DNA of 64,000 bases, taken from NCBI GenBank assembly GCA_965243135.1, contig OZ251539.1, positions 1,440,001 through 1,504,000 on the forward strand. Reading direction: 5' to 3'. The translations under genes were made by a program, and so were the position numbers. Below the pieces are notes generated by a model. That model saw only the letters and a program-made list of their open reading frames with translations, was not told the origin of the DNA and ran no database searches. The DNA is from Alphaproteobacteria bacterium (GTDB lineage: Bacteria > Pseudomonadota > Alphaproteobacteria > MPNO01 > UBA830). Positions 58,969 through 64,000 of the stretch are shown in pieces; within the stretch, counting starts at the first letter, position 1; every line of letters begins with the position of its first letter.

Positions 58969-59415
58969 GTGACGGCGGCCGTGGCGAACCGGTCCGACCT
59001 GGCGGTCGGGACGGCGGCCGCGGTTCTGGGCGCGGCCCTGATCTTCTGGATCGTCCCGGCCGCCACGGGGCCGGCCCTGTTCGCGCTCGTTTCACCGCAA
59101 TTCTACCCTCTGCTTGCGGCGTGGCTTCTGGTCGCGGCGGGAGCGGGACTGGCGGTTTCGGGAATCGGAGGCGCAGCCGCCGTGGACGTTCCCCGGCGGC
59201 GCGGGGCGGCGGCGGGGCTCGCGGCCGCCGGCTTGGGGTCGGCGGTTTTCCTGATGCTGAAGATCGGCTTCGTGGCGGCGGGCGCGGCGGTCGTTCTCGC
59301 CGTCATGCTGCTGGCGGGAGAACGGCGAATTCCGTTCCTGGTCGGCCTGCCCGCGACCCTTCCGTTTCTGCTCTGGCTCATGTTCGACGTTCTGCTCGGC
59401 CGGCCGCTGCCGTAA
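58969..59415 (+). CDS. tctB: TTT small membrane subunit TctB
   Basis: Four TM helices, P..YP, C-terminal F..LL..PLP. Confidence 0.78.
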   Translation: MTAAVANRSDLAVGTAAAVLGAALIFWIVPAATGPALFALVSPQFYPLLAAWLLVAAGAGLAVSGIGGAAAVDVPRRRGAAAGLAAAGLGSAVFLMLKIGFVAAGAAVVLAVMLLAGERRIPFLVGLPATLPFLLWLMFDVLLGRPLP

Positions 59416-59422
59416 CGCTTTC

Positions 59423-60910
59423 ATGCCGGGACTCGACACCGTTCTCGTCGGCGTCGCCGACGCGCTGACGCTGGTCAACGTCGTGTTCGTCGTGATCGGC
59501 GTCGCCACCGGGATCCTCGTCGGCGCGATTCCCGGCCTCAACGGCCCGATGGCGATCGCCATCGCGATCCCGGCGACGTTCTGGCTGCCGCCCTTGCCTG
59601 CGATCGGCTTTCTGATCGGCATCATGAAGGGCAGCGCCGTGGGCGGCGCCGTCCCGGCGATCCTCATGAACACGCCGGGCACGCCGGACTCCGCCCTGAC
59701 CGCCGTCGACGGATATCCCCTCGCCCGGAAGGGAAAGTCCGGCAAGGCCCTCCGGATGGGCCTCTACGCCTCGATCACCGGAGACACGGTGTCCGATATC
59801 GTCCTGTTCACGGCGGCCGCGCCTCTTTCGCTCGTCGCGCTCATGTTGGGGCCGGTCGAACAGGCGGCGCTCATCTTCTTCTCGATCTGCGTCGTCGCGG
59901 GCCTGATCGGAGGCAATCCGTTTCGCGGCCTGACGGCGGCGGCCTTCGGGTTCGTCTTCGCCGCCGTCGGCCAGTCTCCGGAGGAGGCGACGCCCCGCCT
60001 GACCTTCGGCTTCTCCGAGGTGGAGGACGGGCTGCCCCTGGTTTCGGTCGGCATCGGCGTGCTCGTGCTCGGGGAGATTCTGTTCGCGCTCGCCCACCGG
60101 CGCGACGCGACGACAGGTTCGCTCGCGCCGCGACCCGACGCGGACGGCAAGCGGCTCCGCTTCCGGGAATACCTGTCCGCCTCCCGGACGATCTTCCGCT
60201 CCGCCGCCATCGGCACGTTCATCGGCGCGATTCCCGGCGTCGGCTCGACGGTCGCCGCCGCTCTCGGATATTCGGCCGCCCGCCGCGCTTCGAAGACGCC
60301 GGAAAGGTTCGGCGAAGGCGAAATCGAAGGGGTCGCGGCGACCGAAGCCGCGAACAGCGCCGTCGCCGGAGCCAACCTGATTCCGCTTTTGGCGATAGGC
60401 GTCCCCGGAAACGTCGTCGCGGCCTTCCTCCTGGGCGCGCTCGTCATTCACGGCGTCGTTCCGGGCCCGACCCTGATCCGGGACGAAGGACGGTTGGTCT
60501 TCGCGATATTCACGGCCATGGCCGTCGCCAACGTCTCCAATCTGGCGATCGGCCGCATCGGTCTCGGCGCGTTTTCGCTGGTGGCGCGCATCCCCGCCAG
60601 CTTCATCTATCCGTGCGTCGTTTTGCTTTGCTTCGCGGGCGCCTGGATCGGCGGCGGCGGCCCGCCGGGCCTCGTTCTCGTCGCCGCCTTCGGCGCGTTC
60701 GGCTACGGGTTGCGGGCGCTGGGCATGCCGGTCGTCACCTTCATCATCGCTTTCGTTCTGGGACGGCTCTGGGAACTGCCGTTGACGCAGGCCGTCATTC
60801 TGACGCGCCAGGACCCGCTGCGGCTCGCGAACTATCCCGTCGCGCTGCTGATCGTCGCGCTCGGCGTCGGGCTGGTCCTTTACGCCGCGTTCGTCCGTCC
60901 GCGGCGATAG
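59423..60910 (+). CDS. tctA: TTT large permease TctA
   Basis: GAIPGL, IL.NTPG.P, DGYPLA..G, EG.AA.EAAN, P.L..GVPG, G..PGP. Confidence 0.92.
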   Translation: MPGLDTVLVGVADALTLVNVVFVVIGVATGILVGAIPGLNGPMAIAIAIPATFWLPPLPAIGFLIGIMKGSAVGGAVPAILMNTPGTPDSALTAVDGYPLARKGKSGKALRMGLYASITGDTVSDIVLFTAAAPLSLVALMLGPVEQAALIFFSICVVAGLIGGNPFRGLTAAAFGFVFAAVGQSPEEATPRLTFGFSEVEDGLPLVSVGIGVLVLGEILFALAHRRDATTGSLAPRPDADGKRLRFREYLSASRTIFRSAAIGTFIGAIPGVGSTVAAALGYSAARRASKTPERFGEGEIEGVAATEAANSAVAGANLIPLLAIGVPGNVVAAFLLGALVIHGVVPGPTLIRDEGRLVFAIFTAMAVANVSNLAIGRIGLGAFSLVARIPASFIYPCVVLLCFAGAWIGGGGPPGLVLVAAFGAFGYGLRALGMPVVTFIIAFVLGRLWELPLTQAVILTRQDPLRLANYPVALLIVALGVGLVLYAAFVRPRR

Positions 60911-60919
60911 GCGGCGGGA

Positions 60920-62422
60920 CTACCGCGCGGCCAATTCCCGCAACCGCGTCTTCAGGACTTTGCCGTAGTCGTTCTTCGGGAGCGCATCGACGAACCTGTA
61001 GACGCGGGGCCGCTTGAAGCGGGCGATCCGATCGAGGCAGAAGCGGTCGAGCTCCGCCTCCCGAACCGCCGCTCCGGGCCTCGCGACGACGAAGGCGACG
61101 ACCTCCTCGCCCCAGTCGGGATGCGGCCGGCCGACGACCGCGCACTCGAGCACGCCGTCGTGACCGACCAGGACCTCCTCGACCTCGCGCGGATAGACGT
61201 TCGATCCTCCCGAAATCACGAGGTCCTTCGAACGGTCCTTGAGCGTCAGGAACCCGTCGGCGTCGAGCGCGCCGACGTCGCCGGTCCGCAGCCAGCCGTC
61301 GCGGAGCGTCTCGGCGGTCGCTTCGGGGTTGCGGAAATATCCTCGCATGACGACGTCGCCGCGCGCCGTCACTTCGCCGAGTTCTCCGGCGGCCGCGGTT
61401 TCGCCGCGTTCGTTCGTCACCCGCACCTCGACCCCCGCGTGCGCCCGGCCGACCGAGGCAAGCCGATTCCTGTAGTCCGGATGACCGGCGTCGGCGTGCA
61501 GAGCGCGAGACAGGCAGGAGATGGTCATGGGCGCCTCGCCCTGGCCGTAGATTTGCACCAGCCGGGATCCGAAGACGTCCAGCGCTTCAAGGAGGTCGTC
61601 GACGTACATCGGAGCGCCGCCGTAGACGATGGTCTTGAGCCCGGCGAGGGCGGATCGATCGAGTCCCGGCGTTCGCATCAGGCGGGTCAGCATGGTGGGA
61701 GCTAGAAAAAGGGTCGCGCCGTTCCACGCCCGCAGCAGGGAGATCGTTTCGCCGGGATCGAATCCGCCCGATTCGGGAACCACCTGGCAGGCGCCCCGCT
61801 CGACGTGCGGCAGGAGATAGAGGCCCGAGCCGTGGCTCATGGGCGCCGCGTGGACGATGCAGTCTTCCGGCGCGATCTCGTCGACGCCGGCGAAGTAGGC
61901 GGCGTTCATGGCGCGAAGGTTGCGATGGCTCAGCATCGCCCCCTTGGGCTTGCCGGTGGTGCCGGACGTGTAGAAGAGCCAGGCGAGGTCGTCCGCGTCG
62001 ACGTCCGCCGGGGGCAAGGGGTCGGAGCGCGACAGTTCGTCGAACCGCTTCGAATCCGCCGGGATCGCGGCATGCCTTCCGCCGGCGATTTCGATTCCGT
62101 CGGTCGCGAAGCACGCTTTCGCGCCAGCGTCGTCGAGAATCCAGGCGAGTTCCCGGGGATGCAGCCGCGCGTTCATCGGCAACACCGCGCAGCCGGCGAT
62201 CCATGCGGCGAACATGATTTCGGAAATCGCGGGATGGTTTCTCATGGCGAGGGCGGCGATGTCGCCCTTGCCGAGACCGAGGGTCGTCCTCAAGGCGCCC
62301 GCGATCCTGGCGGACCGGTCGGCGTGTTGCGCGTAGGTCGCGACGACGCGGTCGCCCGCCGCCAGCGCCGGAGCGTCCGGGCGGCGTTCGGCGGCGTCGA
62401 CCAGGAGCCTTGCGAGGTTCAT
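60920..62422 (-). CDS. Acyl-CoA synthetase (AMP-binding)
   Basis: FYTSGTTGKPKG, YGQGE, GWLRTGD.G, DRSKD..ISGG.NVYPRE.E, PKN.YGK. Confidence 0.92.
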   Translation of the reverse strand: MNLARLLVDAAERRPDAPALAAGDRVVATYAQHADRSARIAGALRTTLGLGKGDIAALAMRNHPAISEIMFAAWIAGCAVLPMNARLHPRELAWILDDAGAKACFATDGIEIAGGRHAAIPADSKRFDELSRSDPLPPADVDADDLAWLFYTSGTTGKPKGAMLSHRNLRAMNAAYFAGVDEIAPEDCIVHAAPMSHGSGLYLLPHVERGACQVVPESGGFDPGETISLLRAWNGATLFLAPTMLTRLMRTPGLDRSALAGLKTIVYGGAPMYVDDLLEALDVFGSRLVQIYGQGEAPMTISCLSRALHADAGHPDYRNRLASVGRAHAGVEVRVTNERGETAAAGELGEVTARGDVVMRGYFRNPEATAETLRDGWLRTGDVGALDADGFLTLKDRSKDLVISGGSNVYPREVEEVLVGHDGVLECAVVGRPHPDWGEEVVAFVVARPGAAVREAELDRFCLDRIARFKRPRVYRFVDALPKNDYGKVLKTRLRELAAR

Positions 62423-62432
62423 CCGCGGCGGG

Positions 62433-63599
62433 CTACCGAACGGCCTCGAGGATCGACGCGTAGTTGGCCACCGCCGCGCCGCCCATGTTGAAGACTCCGG
62501 CGACACTCGCGCCGTCGATCTGCAGCGCCCCGGCTTCGCCGCGGGTCTGCATGGCGGCCATCACGTGCATCGAAATTCCCGTGGCGCCGATCGGGTGTCC
62601 TTTGGATTTCAGGCCGCCCGAGGGATTGATCGGCAATTCGCCGTCCTTGGCCGACCGGCCCTCGGCGATCACCCGCGCGCCTTCGCCCTTTTCGGCGAGG
62701 CCCATGGCTTCGTAGATCAGCAGTTCGGCGATGGTGAAGCAATCGTGCACTTCGGCGACGTCGAGGTCGCGGACCGTCATTCCCGCGCGTTCGAACGCCA
62801 GCGTCCATGCCTTTTCCGGGCCTTCGAAGAGGGTCACGTCGCGTCTTGACATCGGCAGGAAGTCGTTCGCTTGCGACACGGAGCGGAACTTCACCGCCTT
62901 GTCCGTCGCCATGGCCGCGCCGTCGTCGGCGAGAACGAGGGCGGCCGCTCCGTCGGTGACCGGCGAGCAGTCGGAACGCTTGAGCGGGCCGGAAACGATC
63001 GGGTTGGCCTCGGATTCGCGGCGGCAGAAATCGTAGCCCAGATCCTTCTGGAAGTGGGCGAGGGGATTCGCGGCGCCGTTCGCATGGTTCTTGGCGGCGA
63101 TGCGCGCGAGAGCGTCGGTCTGGTCGCCGTATTTCCGGAAATAGCTCTCCGCGATCCGTGCGAAGATGTCGACGAAGGAGCCGTTCTTCCCGCCTTCCTC
63201 TTCGACGTAGCTTGCCTTGGTCAGCACTTCGCCGATCGCGTCGCCCGCGAGTTCCGTCATCTTTTCGACGCCCACGCAAAGCGCGAAGCGCGCCTTGCCG
63301 GCGGCGACGGCGGCGAGTCCCTGATGAATCGCGGCCGAACCCGTGGCGCAGGCGTTTTCCACCCGCGTCGCCGGCTTGAAGCGCAGGTCCGGATGCGCAT
63401 GAAGGACGAGGGAAGCCGGGAAGTCCTGCTTCACGAAGCCGCCGTTGAAGTGGCCGACGTAGATTTCGTCGACGTCCGCCGGCGCGATGCCGGCGTCGGC
63501 GATGGCTTCGGTCGCGGCGTCGACGATCAGCGTTTCCAGGCCGACGCCGTCGTGCCTGCCGAACTTTCCGTGCGCCCAGCCGACGATGCAGCCCGTCAT
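62433..63599 (-). CDS. Thiolase (SCP2-type acetyl-CoA acetyltransferase)
   Basis: ENACATGSAA, G.EKM, DCSP.TDG, EVHDCF, NPSGGLK.KGHPIGATG. Confidence 0.9.
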   Translation of the reverse strand: MTGCIVGWAHGKFGRHDGVGLETLIVDAATEAIADAGIAPADVDEIYVGHFNGGFVKQDFPASLVLHAHPDLRFKPATRVENACATGSAAIHQGLAAVAAGKARFALCVGVEKMTELAGDAIGEVLTKASYVEEEGGKNGSFVDIFARIAESYFRKYGDQTDALARIAAKNHANGAANPLAHFQKDLGYDFCRRESEANPIVSGPLKRSDCSPVTDGAAALVLADDGAAMATDKAVKFRSVSQANDFLPMSRRDVTLFEGPEKAWTLAFERAGMTVRDLDVAEVHDCFTIAELLIYEAMGLAEKGEGARVIAEGRSAKDGELPINPSGGLKSKGHPIGATGISMHVMAAMQTRGEAGALQIDGASVAGVFNMGGAAVANYASILEAVR

Positions 63600-64000
63600 G
63601 ACGCGCTTCCTTCGGATCGTTGCGCCGCGGCCGGAACGGGCGCGGCGCCGACGAGCACCGCGGCCAGCAGGCAGGGCTCGCCGTTGCGGACGCTCCACGA
63701 ATGATTGGTGCCGCGTTGAACCATCACGTCCCCCTGTTTCAGGCGCGTCTCGCTGTCGTCGAGGACGGCCCATATCTCTCCCTTCAGGACGATCAGATAA
63801 TCGACCGTAGCCGTCCTGTGCATCATCGGGTCGTCGCTGGAGGCGTCGGCCGCGTGACCGGCGCCGATCGAATCGAACGCCTCGGCGGCGTCGGCCCTGC
63901 CGCGCCACGCCTCGTCGGGCGGGAATTCGACGATGCGGAAGATCGTGCCGTTCGGCGGCGGCTCCAGAACGACCGGACGATCGGCGGCGTCCCGGTCTCC
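63596..64000 (-). CDS. Cupin-domain protein, 5' end outside window
   Basis: GTIFRIVEFPP, MH.T.TVDY..VL.GEI, GD..VQRGTNH.W. Confidence 0.8.
   Translation of the reverse strand, partial: GDRDAADRPVVLEPPPNGTIFRIVEFPPDEAWRGRADAAEAFDSIGAGHAADASSDDPMMHRTATVDYLIVLKGEIWAVLDDSETRLKQGDVMVQRGTNHSWSVRNGEPCLLAAVLVGAAPVPAAAQRSEGSAS

Noticed and set aside
1-64000. CRISPR array, cas genes, rRNA, retron or reverse transcriptase
   Set aside because: No regularly spaced repeats or corresponding motifs seen by eye.

Overview
GC-rich bacterial DNA, most likely an alphaproteobacterium, judged from the murA-DUF2948-hisG-hisD-UPF0262-LMW phosphatase-infA-maf-rng-yacG block between tRNA-Thr and tRNA-Phe (37.5-45.2 kb). 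On both sides lie dense transporter-plus-catabolism operons: two TRAP systems, a PotABCD-like ABC system, TTT/Bug systems, two hydantoinase/oxoprolinase A+B pairs, a LeuCD-like dehydratase with an RraA-type aldolase, an orphan CoxL-form-II-like Mo subunit, and several amidohydrolases, GSTs and CoA enzymes. I found no transcription regulator. The most striking object is a 2.8-kb IS66-family element (27522-30315) with perfect 22-bp terminal IRs and an 8-bp target duplication, which splits an acyl-CoA ligase gene. It lacks tnpA/tnpB. Its transposase is translationally coupled to a DUF4338 (DruA-like, possibly Mom/GNAT-like) gene. It also has a third, internal IS end, followed by a decayed inverted copy of the DUF4338 3' end. 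Upstream (22.1-26.4 kb) is a cluster of eroded mobile and defence-type fragments: an ISNCY relic, a frameshifted AAA/PD-(D/E)XK gene and an AT-rich PIN pseudogene. All product calls come from motif recognition by eye, not from database searches.
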